Part shown: piece after piece, positions 35,185 to 44,887 of the stretch
How positions within the stretch are numbered: the stretch's first letter is position 1
Layout of the letters: the number at the start of each line of letters is the position of its first letter
Source of the DNA: Bryobacterales bacterium
GTDB lineage: Bacteria; Acidobacteriota; Terriglobia; Bryobacterales; UBA6623
Assembly (NCBI GenBank): GCA_965204095.1
Contig: OZ241991.1
Span: forward strand, 806,105-870,104
Direction: 5' to 3'
Length of the DNA stretch: 64,000 nucleotides
Notes under the pieces: generated by a model
The model's input: only the letters and a program-made list of their open reading frames with translations
The model's database searches: none
Told to the model about the DNA's origin: nothing
Program-made: the position numbers and the translations under genes

Positions 35185-37095
35185 ATGATCGACACGCTTC
35201 GAGCAATCGCCTGTCTGTTGCTCGCCTGTGGAATGACGAGCGGGCAGCAGTTGTCTCCCCAGGCACGCGAGCGCATGGAGCGTGCGCACCAGATTCCTCA
35301 GAGAGCGCCGGCTTCGGAAGTTGCCCAGGAACTGACCCAGCAGGCAGCGGAGGTGCGACCGGGCGGCGCGGCAGTGAAGACGCCGGTCGAACGGCGGAAC
35401 TTCATCGACGAGCATATCTTCGGCCGGATCGAGCGCGACGGCATCCCTCACGCCGGGCCGGCGTCGGATCGTGAGTTTGCGCGGCGTGCCTATCTGGATG
35501 CGACGGGCCGCATCCCGCCGGTCGATGAGTTGCTGGCCTTCCTCGAGGATACCGACCCCGAGAAGCGTGACAAGCTGGTGGATCGGCTGGTCGATAGCGA
35601 AGAGTTCATCGAACGCTGGTCCTACTACTTCGAGGACCTCTTCCGGGCGGGCAACCGCATGGGGTTCGGCAAGAATCTCTTTCACTATTGGATCGTGGAA
35701 TGGCTGCTTCTCGACCGCTCGTACGCCGATGTGGCGACGGACCTGTTGACCCAGGGTGGGAAGAGCAGCCATTCGTCGCCGGGCGCGCTGTATTTCGCGC
35801 GCGATTTCGTCAAGGCCAAAGACGATCCGGAAGAGCCGGACGCGCTCGATCTGGTGAACCGCGCCGACGCGATCGACGAATTCACGATCACTTACAGCAA
35901 GGTGCTGCTCGGCATGAATCCGGGTTGCATCTCCTGCCACGATGGAGCGGGGCATCTCGAGAAAGTGAATGTGTTCTTCTCACGCAAAACGCGCGAGGAG
36001 TTCTTTCAGCAGGCGTCTTTCTTCGGCAGGACGCGGATGGTGATGAACTGGGAGAACGGCTTCCAGGCAAATACCGAATACACGGTAGATGATGTCGAGC
36101 CCGGGTATCCGACCAGCGGCGAGAGTATCGTTCGCGTCCCGCGGACGGGCGGGTCGAACGAGCCGCGATTCATCCTGACGGGTGAGGCGGCGCGGCCCGA
36201 AGCCATGCCCCGGGACGAGTTGGCTCGGCTGCTGACGGGGCATATCCAGTTTTCACGAGCCATCACGAATCGCATCTGGGCGGAGTTGATGGGGTTCGGC
36301 ATTGTCGAGCCGCTGGACGACTTCGACCTGGCGCGGTACTACCCGGACCAGGAGCTGCCCGAAGGCTGGTCGATGCAGCCCTCGAACCCGCAATTGCTGG
36401 ATGCGATGGCGCGAGATTTTCAGGCGCACGATTACAGCTTCAAGCACCTGGTGCGGACGATTATGAAGTCCAATGCCTACCGGCTCTCTTCGAAGTTCGA
36501 CGGTGAATGGAAACCCGGATATGCGAACTACTATCCGCGGAAGTTCGTGCGCATGTTGAGCGCGGCGGAACTGCACGACTCGATTGTCACGGCGACGGCG
36601 CGGCCAGGGTCCTATAAGAGCGGAGTGGATGATGTCGCCACGGCGATGGCGTTGCTGGACCCGGCGCACGTGAATCGCGAGGTGAAGGAGTTTCTGCGCG
36701 CTTTCGGACAGCAGAGCCGCGACTCACTGCCGGCGAAGACCGCGAGGTCGTCGCTGCAGGCGATGCTGATGATGAATTCGCAGGTTGTGCTCGATCGCGT
36801 GAAGGCGGAAGGCAACAGCCGGGTCGATCAACTGCTCGGACGCCTCGAAGATGACCGTATCGTGATCGAGCAGAGTTTCCGCACGGCGGCTGGACGCGAA
36901 CCCAGCACGGAGGAACGGGAGCGGGTTCTCGACCGCGGCCTGGTGGAGAAGATCTACCTGGCGACGCTGTCGCGGCGCCCGTTGCCGGCGGAGATGGATA
37001 TCGCCCTGAGCGCTTTGCACGAGGACCGCAAGCAGGGGATGGAGAACTTGCAGTGGGCGCTGCTGAACAAACCTGAATTCCTGTTCAACTATTAG
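35185..37095 (+). CDS. DUF1549/DUF1553-type protein (PSD1-like)
   Basis: NFIDEHIFGRIERDGIPHAGPASDREFARRAYLDATGRIPP, DKLVDRLVDSEEFIERWSYYFEDLFR. C-terminus LQWALLNKPEFLFNY. Confidence 0.8.
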   Translation: MIDTLRAIACLLLACGMTSGQQLSPQARERMERAHQIPQRAPASEVAQELTQQAAEVRPGGAAVKTPVERRNFIDEHIFGRIERDGIPHAGPASDREFARRAYLDATGRIPPVDELLAFLEDTDPEKRDKLVDRLVDSEEFIERWSYYFEDLFRAGNRMGFGKNLFHYWIVEWLLLDRSYADVATDLLTQGGKSSHSSPGALYFARDFVKAKDDPEEPDALDLVNRADAIDEFTITYSKVLLGMNPGCISCHDGAGHLEKVNVFFSRKTREEFFQQASFFGRTRMVMNWENGFQANTEYTVDDVEPGYPTSGESIVRVPRTGGSNEPRFILTGEAARPEAMPRDELARLLTGHIQFSRAITNRIWAELMGFGIVEPLDDFDLARYYPDQELPEGWSMQPSNPQLLDAMARDFQAHDYSFKHLVRTIMKSNAYRLSSKFDGEWKPGYANYYPRKFVRMLSAAELHDSIVTATARPGSYKSGVDDVATAMALLDPAHVNREVKEFLRAFGQQSRDSLPAKTARSSLQAMLMMNSQVVLDRVKAEGNSRVDQLLGRLEDDRIVIEQSFRTAAGREPSTEERERVLDRGLVEKIYLATLSRRPLPAEMDIALSALHEDRKQGMENLQWALLNKPEFLFNY

Positions 37096-37111
37096 CCCCA
37101 GTGAGGATCAC

Positions 37112-38500
37112 ATGATCAAGACCGTTCGGGATACTCTCCCTTTCCGCCGGGACGTGCTGAAGTTGGGAACGCTGAGCTTGCTGAGCGGCTTCGTGGAGCA
37201 GGGCTTGTGGCCCCCGCGCGTGCGCGCGGCGGGCAAGTCGAATCCCCGAGGGACAGCGCGAAACTGCATCGTGGTCGAGGCGGCGGGAGCGATCAGCCAC
37301 ACTGACACCTTCGACTTCAAGGAGAATGCCGGAACTCAATCCGATTTCGACGTGCGGCAGATCCGGAACGACCTCTATCTCTCGAACCGCTTGTTCCCCG
37401 AGCTGTCGTCGGAAATGGACAAGGTGGCGGTCGTGCGCTCGTTTTGGAGCCACGAGGTGGTTCACTTCCGCGGCGAGTACTACACACGGGCCGGACGTCC
37501 TTTGAACCCGGCGCAGGTTTCCGAGATTCCGCCAGTGGGTTCCGTAGTGTCTTACGAGTTCGAACCGCAACGGCGTGAGACGGATACGTTCCCGACGTTC
37601 GTGACTTGCAACCTCGGTTCGGCGGCGCTGCCGAGCGGGTTCCTGCACCCGCGCTTTTCCGGACTGGATATCAATGCCCAGGCCGGTGTCGGAAGCGTGT
37701 CGGCTCAGGGCGAAGCACTCGATCTTCTGCAGGAACGATTTCGATTGCTCAGCGAATTGGAGAAGGTCGTCGCCAAAGACTACCAAAGCCGCGGGCGCGA
37801 TCTCACGGGCTTCAGCACATTCCAGCAGGATGCCTACCGGATCCTGGGAGATGGTCGTTGGCCGAGGGCGCTTGAACTCGAGGATGAAGATCGCAGGCGC
37901 TATGGAGCGAATGCGGTCGGGCTCGGTTGTCTGCTGGCGCGGAATCTGATCCGGGCGGACGCGGGCACGCGGTACGTTCACGTGAAGCATCCGGGCTGGG
38001 ACCATCACAAGAACATCTTCGACCACTCGAAGAAGAGCAATCACTACAATCACTGCACGTCTCTCGACAGAGCACTGGCGAACCTGCTTCGCGATCTCGG
38101 GAAAACTCCTTCTCCGCATGATCCCGAGAAAACGCTGCTCGATGACACGATCGTCGCCGTACCGACCGAGTTCGGGCGCGTGCCAGGGCCGCTCAACGGC
38201 GTTGCCGGGCGGCATCACTACAACAGGTGCTACATCGGTCTGTTTGCAGGCGGTGGCGTAATAGGCGGACGGATCATCGGGCGCACCGACGCCGCGGGCG
38301 AAAACGCCGTCGAGACCGGTTGGAAATACGGCATGCAACCGAAGACGGAAAACATCTACGCCTCCGTGTACTCTGCCCTCGGAATCGACTGGAGAAAAGA
38401 GATCACCAACACGCCTTCCAAACGCGTCTACCGTTACGTGGATCCTCTCGGCGCGACAGAGCCTTGTATCGACGACGAGATCGCAGAACTCTTCGTCTAG
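37112..38500 (+). CDS. DUF1501-type (sulfatase/alkaline-phosphatase-fold) protein with Tat signal
   Basis: FRRDVLKLGTLSLL; VVEAAGAISHTDTFDFK; HVKHPGWDHH. Confidence 0.8.
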   Translation: MIKTVRDTLPFRRDVLKLGTLSLLSGFVEQGLWPPRVRAAGKSNPRGTARNCIVVEAAGAISHTDTFDFKENAGTQSDFDVRQIRNDLYLSNRLFPELSSEMDKVAVVRSFWSHEVVHFRGEYYTRAGRPLNPAQVSEIPPVGSVVSYEFEPQRRETDTFPTFVTCNLGSAALPSGFLHPRFSGLDINAQAGVGSVSAQGEALDLLQERFRLLSELEKVVAKDYQSRGRDLTGFSTFQQDAYRILGDGRWPRALELEDEDRRRYGANAVGLGCLLARNLIRADAGTRYVHVKHPGWDHHKNIFDHSKKSNHYNHCTSLDRALANLLRDLGKTPSPHDPEKTLLDDTIVAVPTEFGRVPGPLNGVAGRHHYNRCYIGLFAGGGVIGGRIIGRTDAAGENAVETGWKYGMQPKTENIYASVYSALGIDWRKEITNTPSKRVYRYVDPLGATEPCIDDEIAELFV

Positions 38501-38514
38501 GACCGAACGATCTG

Positions 38515-39318
38515 ATGTTGCCGTGTAGGGTCCTGCTGTTGTCTGTGATTGCATCGGTCGCTTTCGCAGACGAGGCGGGATCGCAGGACGCTCCTGCGGG
38601 CATGGTTCTGATACCGGCGGGAGAGTTCACGATGGGCCGGACGTTCGAGACCACTGATGACAAGCGGGGGATGCGACCCCTCGTGCTACGCGATGATCGT
38701 CCGGCGCACGTGGTCCGATTGGGTGCGTATTTCATGGACGCGCATGAGGTGACACAGGCTGAGTATGCGGAGTTCGTGCAAGCGACAGGTTACCGGACGC
38801 CCTATCACTGGGTGAATGGGGTGACGCCGGAAGGCAAGCAAGACCATCCTGTTCACAATGTCGATTGGCAAGACGCCGATACCTACTGCGCCTGGCGGGG
38901 CAAGCGGCTTCCGACAGAAGCAGAGTGGGAGCGTGCGGCGCGCGGCGGCGAAGAAGGCAAGCGCTACCCATGGGGTGACGACAAGCCGGATCGCCAACGG
39001 GCGCTTTTCAATACACCTTTGGGTCCTGGACCGGTCGGTTCTTACCCCTCCAATCCATTCGGTCTGTATGACATGGCGGGGAGTGTTTCCGAGTGGTGTT
39101 CGGACTGGTTCGTGAGGACGTATTACGAGCGGAGCCCGAAGGACAATCCCCATGGCCCTCCAGAAGGGATGTACAAGATCATTCGGGGCGGCTCCTGGGC
39201 GGATGGGCCTCAGCGGATAAGTGTTTTCTTTCGGAACTGGGTGCGGAAAAATCAACGGACGCCGAACTTGGGGTTCCGGTGCGTACAGGATGCGCCGGAG
39301 ACGAGCGCGGCGCAGTGA
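38515..39318 (+). CDS. FGE/SUMF1-family (formylglycine-generating-enzyme-like) protein
   Basis: ATG 38515 gives a signal peptide MLPCRVLLLSVIASVAFA. MVLIPAGEFTMG, HEVTQAEYAEFV, RLPTEAEWERAARGG, IIRGGSWAD, LGFRCV. Confidence 0.85.
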   Translation: MLPCRVLLLSVIASVAFADEAGSQDAPAGMVLIPAGEFTMGRTFETTDDKRGMRPLVLRDDRPAHVVRLGAYFMDAHEVTQAEYAEFVQATGYRTPYHWVNGVTPEGKQDHPVHNVDWQDADTYCAWRGKRLPTEAEWERAARGGEEGKRYPWGDDKPDRQRALFNTPLGPGPVGSYPSNPFGLYDMAGSVSEWCSDWFVRTYYERSPKDNPHGPPEGMYKIIRGGSWADGPQRISVFFRNWVRKNQRTPNLGFRCVQDAPETSAAQ

Positions 39319-39347
39319 GGAAGATGAAACGGCGGCGGTTCCTCGGC

Positions 39348-39674
39348 CTACAAACTCTTCTCCAGTGCCTGCATGATCCAACGGTTCAGGCTCAGGCCGC
39401 TCTGTGCGGCCGAGCGCGCAACGCGTTGATGCAAGTCCGGCCCTAGCCGAACGTTAAGCTTCCCCGAAAAAGGTTTCCGGGGCTCGATGCCATCTTCCTT
39501 GCAGGACTCGAGATACTCGTCGATGGACCTCTGGAACTCGCGCCGAATCCCCTCGACGTCAGTTGCTTCAAAGGTGGCGATTGGATAGGAGCCGCTATTG
39601 ACGACTCGTCCGTGAAGACGGTCCACGGACTCGTCGAACTCGACTGCAGCGATGTACCCTTTGTACTCCATCAT
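39348..39674 (-). CDS. hicB: HicB-family antitoxin (N-terminal HicB fold + C-terminal RHH)
   Basis: MMEYKGYIAAVEFDESVDRLHGRVVN..., KPFSGKLNVRLGPDLHQRVARSAAQSGLSLNRWI. Confidence 0.85.
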   Translation of the reverse strand: MMEYKGYIAAVEFDESVDRLHGRVVNSGSYPIATFEATDVEGIRREFQRSIDEYLESCKEDGIEPRKPFSGKLNVRLGPDLHQRVARSAAQSGLSLNRWIMQALEKSL

Positions 39675-39925
39675 GGCTTCACTCCCACGGCTTCGAGAAA
39701 TACGGCAATGTCGCGGACCGTCGCTCTACCGGTCTCCGGTCCTGGGTGAGACCGGTGAACCACCATCCGTTCCGTTCCCTTCTTCAGCAGCACCCGCGAT
39801 CCCGAACGCTGTGAGACCTCCACGTCTGCCGCCTTCAACAAGGCGGCGATGTCCACCCACCGGATGCCAGTCGGCGTCGGCCTCTTGAACATGCTTTCCA
39901 AGGTACGCCGATGCTTCGTACGCAC
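39671..39925 (-). CDS. hicA: HicA-family toxin (mRNA interferase)
   Basis: MRTKHRRTLESMFKRPTPTGIRWVDIAALL...GSRVLL...VHRSHPGPETGRATVRDIAVFLEAVGV. ATGA overlap with hicB. Confidence 0.8.
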   Translation of the reverse strand: MRTKHRRTLESMFKRPTPTGIRWVDIAALLKAADVEVSQRSGSRVLLKKGTERMVVHRSHPGPETGRATVRDIAVFLEAVGVKP

Positions 39926-39937
39926 GACACCCCATAC

Positions 39938-39956
39938 AGTACCAAATCAAGTACCA
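39938..39956. promoter_or_regulatory. direct repeat AGTACCA-N5-AGTACCA just upstream of hicA (candidate operator)
   Basis: Copies at 39938-39944 and 39950-39956, 12 bp centre to centre, 13 nt from the hicA start. Confidence 0.25.
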
Positions 39957-40032
39957 TTCTACAGCCGGCCTTTCCTGGCTCCCGTTTCCCGTTTCATGAA
40001 ATCGAGATAAGCTGTGTCTTTAAGAACCCGCG

Positions 40033-40188
40033 GAAGGGATGAACAAGATCATCCGGGGCGGCTCCTGGGCGGATGGGCCACAACGGATTACCGTTTTCTT
40101 TCGAAACTGGGTACGAACCAATCAACGGACACCGAACTTGGGTTTCCGGTGTGTGCAGGATGCGCCGGAGTCGAGCGCGGCGCAATGA
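40033..40188 (+). pseudogene. orphan 3'-terminal 52-codon fragment of an FGE-family gene (second copy of 39163..39318)
   Basis: Translates EGMNKIIRGGSWADGPQRITVFFRNWVRTNQRTPNLGFRCVQDAPESSAAQ-stop. 138/156 nt identical to the end of the intact gene. No upstream coding continuation. Confidence 0.85.
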
Positions 40189-40276
40189 AGTGAACGGCTG
40201 AACGCGGGCCGGTGGACTGCCTATCAGGAGGGCGCATGAGGTGCGGCGGGGCATTGAACCGCGATAATGACCAGGC

Positions 40277-42415
40277 ATGACGAAAACCGCGAGGTTGGCG
40301 CTCATCTTGATGGTTTGGTCCCCACCGCTCTGCGCCGAAGACCTCACTGTCCTGACAACCGACAGCAAGGGTCTCAAGCCGGGCCAACAGCTCGAAGAGC
40401 ATCTCAAACAGCAGTTCTACCGGCGGATCGAGGATCGCCACGCAGCCTTCGAGCAGATCAAGAGCCAAGCGGCCGCCCATGTCTGGCAGCACGAACGGCG
40501 CGAGTTCATGGTCCGCCAATTAGGGGGCTTCCCGAAGCGCACGCCGCTCAACCCGAAGACCCTTGGACATCTTGGCGGTGAAGGCTTTCGTGTCGAAAAG
40601 GTGATGTTCGAAAGCCGCCCTGGACACCACGTCACCGCTCTGCTCTACCTGCCGGACAGCACCGTGGAGAGAGTCCCCGGCGTGCTCATCCCGTGCGGCC
40701 ACAGCCACAACGGCAAGGCTTCCGGATGGTATCAGCGTGCCGGAATCCTCATGGCTCGCAACGGCATGGCGGCGCTTTGCTATGACCCGATCGGTCAAGG
40801 GGAGCGCTACCAATCGCTGGCGGCAAAAGACCATACCCATTTTCCAAGTGCTCCTCGATACCCCGTGCCGCATCCGAAGGTTCGATTCCTGCCGACGGTC
40901 GAGCACACCATGATGGGAATCGGCGGCATTCTGGTCGGTTCGAACGTTGCGCAGTACCGCATCTGGGATGGCATGCGGGCGATCGATTACCTGCAAAGCC
41001 GCGATGAAATCGATGCAACCCGCATCGGCTGTACCGGAAACTCCGGGGGCGGAACTCTGACTGCGTACCTGATGGCCCTCGACGATCGGATTGGCGCGGC
41101 GGCTCCCGGCTGTTTCTTGACGACGTTCCGCCGGCTCATCGACACACGGGGAGCGCAAGACGGCGAGCAGAACATCTTCGGCCAGATCGCTTTCGGTCTG
41201 GACGAGCCTGACTACGTCATGATGCGCGCCCCGGTGCCGACGTTGATTCTCGCCGCGACGAGGGACGTGACCTTCGACATCGCTGGAACTTGGGATCTTT
41301 TTCGCCAGGCAAAGCGCTTCTACACGCGTCTCGACTACCCCGAGCGGGTCGATCTGGTCGAGGCGGACGCTCCCCACGGATACTACATTCAGCACCGCAC
41401 GGCCGCCGCACGCTGGATGCGCCGCTGGCTTCTTGGCGAGGACGATGTCATCCCCGAGGTGGACCGCCTTCCCGACCCGCTCACGGATCAGGTACTGCGG
41501 GATCGGTTTCGAGAGGGAATGTGGCCCGACGACAAGCTGCTGGTTTCCCCACAGGGTCAGGTGATGCTCATGCAGGGGGAGAAGTCGGTGTTCGACCTGA
41601 ACGCCGACACCGCTTCGCGGCTTGCCACGGAAAGACAGCGGCGCTGGAGCAGGGCATCTGCCGATGAATGGAGCGAAGCGGTGAGAAGCGTTATTGGAAC
41701 CCGCAAGTCGTCGGAACTCCCTGCCCCGCAAGTCGAGAGTCGAGGAGCCGTCCAGCGCGACGGTTACCGGATCGAGAAACTCGTTCTGCTCGGCTCCGAT
41801 GGGGCGATCTCCTTGCCGGGTCTGCTGTTTGTTCCGGAACGCCGCGGTGCGGAACCGGTTCTCTACCTGCACGGGGAGAGCATGAAAACCGACGCCGCAG
41901 CGAAGGGGCCGATCGAACGGCTTGTCCGGGAGGGACACGTCGTCTTGGCAGCCGAGCTGAGCGGGATCGGAGAAACAGAAACCGGTCATCAGAAGCGCGA
42001 TTATGGCCGGGGCCGCTTCGGACCGGATTCGCAGGAGATCTATCTCGCCTACCTGCTCGGCAAATCGTTCGTCGCAATGCGCACGGAGGACGTGCTTCGC
42101 TGGTCGAGTTATCTTGCCGGCCAGGTAACGGAGGACGAGGGCAGCATTCAACTTTTGGGGATTGGCGAGGCCGCCATTCCCGCTCTGCACGCAGCGGCTC
42201 TGGAACCGGCCCGGTTCAAATCGGTATCACTGCGAGGAATGATCCGCTCCTGGACGGAGTTGGTTGGCGCTCGGGAAAACCGGAACCAGCTTGTCAACGT
42301 TGTCCACGGTGCGTTGAAAACCTACGATCTGCCCGACCTGATCCGGCTTGCCGGGACCGGAAAGGTCGAAGTCGCCCGATCGGTCGACCCCTTGGGACAG
42401 CCGCTGGCTCGCTGA
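40277..42415 (+). CDS. secreted alpha/beta-hydrolase (acetyl-xylan-esterase-like)
   Basis: Signal peptide, then VLIPCGHSHNGK and nucleophile elbow GCTGNSGGG. The C-terminal half is a second, degenerate hydrolase-like region. Confidence 0.75.
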   Translation: MTKTARLALILMVWSPPLCAEDLTVLTTDSKGLKPGQQLEEHLKQQFYRRIEDRHAAFEQIKSQAAAHVWQHERREFMVRQLGGFPKRTPLNPKTLGHLGGEGFRVEKVMFESRPGHHVTALLYLPDSTVERVPGVLIPCGHSHNGKASGWYQRAGILMARNGMAALCYDPIGQGERYQSLAAKDHTHFPSAPRYPVPHPKVRFLPTVEHTMMGIGGILVGSNVAQYRIWDGMRAIDYLQSRDEIDATRIGCTGNSGGGTLTAYLMALDDRIGAAAPGCFLTTFRRLIDTRGAQDGEQNIFGQIAFGLDEPDYVMMRAPVPTLILAATRDVTFDIAGTWDLFRQAKRFYTRLDYPERVDLVEADAPHGYYIQHRTAAARWMRRWLLGEDDVIPEVDRLPDPLTDQVLRDRFREGMWPDDKLLVSPQGQVMLMQGEKSVFDLNADTASRLATERQRRWSRASADEWSEAVRSVIGTRKSSELPAPQVESRGAVQRDGYRIEKLVLLGSDGAISLPGLLFVPERRGAEPVLYLHGESMKTDAAAKGPIERLVREGHVVLAAELSGIGETETGHQKRDYGRGRFGPDSQEIYLAYLLGKSFVAMRTEDVLRWSSYLAGQVTEDEGSIQLLGIGEAAIPALHAAALEPARFKSVSLRGMIRSWTELVGARENRNQLVNVVHGALKTYDLPDLIRLAGTGKVEVARSVDPLGQPLAR

Positions 42416-42510
42416 CCGGCATCCAGCGCCGTTGTACGGCGATGTCGTTGTCAAGTACCGGATGTTTCCAACGAAAATCGGAAACGAAGCTTCCGCGTCA
42501 TTGCAAAGAT

Positions 42511-42587
42511 TGGTCGGGCCGCCGAGATTTGAACTCGGGACCTCTTCCACCCCAAGGAAGCGCGCTACCAGGCTGCGCCACGGCCCG
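42511..42587 (-). tRNA. tRNA-Pro (anticodon GGG)
   Basis: Hand-folded 77-nt cloverleaf: acceptor CGGGCCG/CGGCCCG, D stem GCGC/GCGC, anticodon stem CTTCC/GGAAG with loop TTGGGGT, T arm CCGAG-TTCAAAT-CTCGG, encoded ACCA. Confidence 0.9.
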
Positions 42588-42719
42588 AATGCAGAAGGTA
42601 TCCACATTTTATCGTTTGCGGCCGATGTGTCGTGAGATTCGGACTGCGAACGGTGTAAGAGCAACTTTGCCGGGTCAAAGACTGGTGCGTTCCGGTGTTC
42701 CTCGGGATACGTTCCCCAG

Positions 42720-44657
42720 TTATTCCCGCAGTAGCCGCAGAGCTTCCAGCAGGCCGCTACGGTCGGTGTCCTCGTCCGGTTCTGAGTCCTCTTCCGAGTC
42801 GCCCTCGCCCGGCGCCAGGAAGAGGTTCTGCTCGAGCCCATGCTGGCGCATGTACAACTCGTGGTAAAGGCCCCCCTGTGCGAGCAGCTCGTCGTGCCGG
42901 CCGCGTTCGACGATGCGGCCTTCGTCGATCACGAGAATCTGATCCGCCCGGCGAATCGTCGAGAGCCTGTGAGCAATCACGAAGGTCGTTCGGCCTCGCA
43001 TCAGGTACGACAGCCCCTCTTGGATCATCGCTTCCGATTCGGAATCGAGGCTTGACGTGGCTTCGTCCAGAATGAGGATTCGCGGGTCGGCCAGGATCGC
43101 CCGTGCGATCGACACCCGCTGCCGTTGGCCGCCGGAAAGCTTGACGCCGCGCTCGCCGACAATCGTTTCGTACCTGTCCTCGAACACTTCCGCGAATTCA
43201 TCCACACGGGCGATGCGGCCGGCGGCGATGATCTCCTCCTCGCTCGCCTCCGGTCGGGAGAAAGCGATGTTTTCGCGGATCGTGCCGTCAAACAGGAACG
43301 TGTCCTGCAAGACGACCCCAAGCTGTGAGCGATAGGACGCCAGGCGCGTGGTTGAGAGGTCCGCGCCGTCGACGGTGATGGCTCCCGACGACGGTTTGTA
43401 GAACGCGGCCACCAGGCCGATGAGCGTTGACTTGCCGGAACCCGAGGGGCCGACCAGAGCCGTGACCGTGCCGGGGTTGGCCTCGAACGATACCTCGTGG
43501 AGAACGGATTTGCCCTCTTCGTACGCGAACGAAACGTTGTCGAAGCGAACTTCTCCGCGGATTTTCCCGATGTCCGCGGTTCGATCCGGATCTTTGTCTT
43601 CGGGACGCTCGTTGAGGACCTCGCGGGTGCGCTCGAGTCCGGCGAGCGCTTCGGTCACCTGCGTTCCGATGTTGACCATCTGGTACAACGGCGAAACCAG
43701 GAACGCCACGAAGGCCGTAAAGGTGACGAAGCTGCCCAGAGTCATCGTCCCGGCGAAGATTTGCTGAGTGCCCACGTACATCACGACCGCGCCCACCAAG
43801 CCGAGCAGCAATACCGCCGAGAGACTGACGAGCGCAGTGCTCGTCATGGTCTTGAGAATGTTCTCGAGCAGCCGCTGAACACCGCGCGAGAACACCGCGG
43901 CCTCCCGTTCCTCGGCGTGGTAGCCCTTCACAACTCTCACGCCGCTCAGTGATTCCGAGAGACGCCCGGTCACTTCAGCGCGGATTCTTCCCCGCTCCCG
44001 GAAGATCGGCCGGATATGCTTGAACGCATACCAGAAAACGGTCACGAAACAGATCACGATCGTCAACGCCATGCCGGCCAACAGCGGGCTGATCCAGAAA
44101 AGCACTCCCAGCGCGATCACGGCCGTCAGCAGCCCACCCACCAGCTCGACCAGTCCGGTGCCTACCAGGTTTCGAACACCCTCGACATCGCTCATGATGC
44201 GGGAGATCAGAGACCCTGTCTTGGTCATGTCGTAGTAAGCGACCGGCAGCCGCCCGACGTGCTCCTGGACCTGGCGCCGGAGGTCGGCGATCATTCGCTG
44301 AGCTGCTTTCGAAAGCAGTTGAGTCAGTGAGAACGCCGTAGCGCCCTGCACCGCTGTCGCGGCCAGGACAGCCAGGACGAGCGGAATGAGCAGCTCTTCT
44401 CTTCCCTGCCCGATGACATCGTCGATCAGAAACTTCGTCGATGCCGGGAGCACCATGCTTGCCGCGCGGCTGATGGCGATCAATACGAGGCCCACGGCCA
44501 TGGCTCTGCGGCGCGGTTTTACCAGCGCCCAAACCTCGGCGGCAAGCGACTTGGCGCGCTCCTTGGTGAACGGTTTCCTGGCAGCTTCGCCGCCGGGCCG
44601 GGTCTTTCCGCCGCTCGCGCGTTCATAGCGCCCTAGAGATGTGCCGTGTGATCTCAT
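42720..44657 (-). CDS. ABC exporter, fused permease/ATPase (MsbA-like type I exporter)
   Basis: Six-TM N-terminal half; Walker A GPSGSGKST; signature LSGGQRQRVSIARAIL; Walker B ILILDEATS. Confidence 0.9.
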   Translation of the reverse strand: MRSHGTSLGRYERASGGKTRPGGEAARKPFTKERAKSLAAEVWALVKPRRRAMAVGLVLIAISRAASMVLPASTKFLIDDVIGQGREELLIPLVLAVLAATAVQGATAFSLTQLLSKAAQRMIADLRRQVQEHVGRLPVAYYDMTKTGSLISRIMSDVEGVRNLVGTGLVELVGGLLTAVIALGVLFWISPLLAGMALTIVICFVTVFWYAFKHIRPIFRERGRIRAEVTGRLSESLSGVRVVKGYHAEEREAAVFSRGVQRLLENILKTMTSTALVSLSAVLLLGLVGAVVMYVGTQQIFAGTMTLGSFVTFTAFVAFLVSPLYQMVNIGTQVTEALAGLERTREVLNERPEDKDPDRTADIGKIRGEVRFDNVSFAYEEGKSVLHEVSFEANPGTVTALVGPSGSGKSTLIGLVAAFYKPSSGAITVDGADLSTTRLASYRSQLGVVLQDTFLFDGTIRENIAFSRPEASEEEIIAAGRIARVDEFAEVFEDRYETIVGERGVKLSGGQRQRVSIARAILADPRILILDEATSSLDSESEAMIQEGLSYLMRGRTTFVIAHRLSTIRRADQILVIDEGRIVERGRHDELLAQGGLYHELYMRQHGLEQNLFLAPGEGDSEEDSEPDEDTDRSGLLEALRLLRE

Positions 44658-44887
44658 CGCATTCGTGCAGGCACTCCATTCTCGCAGGCGGACGCTCGAT
44701 AGTGAGCCCTCATCAGCGCGTCATCTTGCGATTCGGCAACCCGTCAAGGCGTCCAGCCGATATCCAGGCAGGTCATGCCGCTGTGCTCCCGAGGCCCCGC
44801 AGGGATCGAAGCCTGGAGTACATCAGTCCCGTGCAAAGCCAACCGCACCCCGCCGGTCCCAGTTCAATGCACCTGCGGCACGGCTAG

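Noticed and set aside
35044-35955. The 304-codon N-terminal extension of track ORF 33322..35955
   Set aside because: The extension overlaps the divergent DUF1549 gene and has no domain content. ATG 35043 yields a proper signal peptide directly followed by the FG-GAP repeats.
37112-38500. The idea that DUF1501 is the formylglycine substrate of the adjacent FGE-like protein
   Set aside because: I found no C/S-x-P-x-R sulfatase motif in the DUF1501 sequence. Its putative nucleophile region is GAISHTDTFD.
38227-38514. The upstream extension of the FGE-like ORF overlapping the DUF1501 gene
   Set aside because: The extension is Arg-rich nonsense in a frame overlapping a well-supported CDS. ATG 38515 gives a signal peptide and lies 14 nt after the DUF1501 stop.
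40879-40890. A ggttcgattcc string resembling a tRNA T-loop
   Set aside because: It lies inside the esterase CDS in frame (PKVRFLP), and no acceptor or anticodon stems can be drawn around it.
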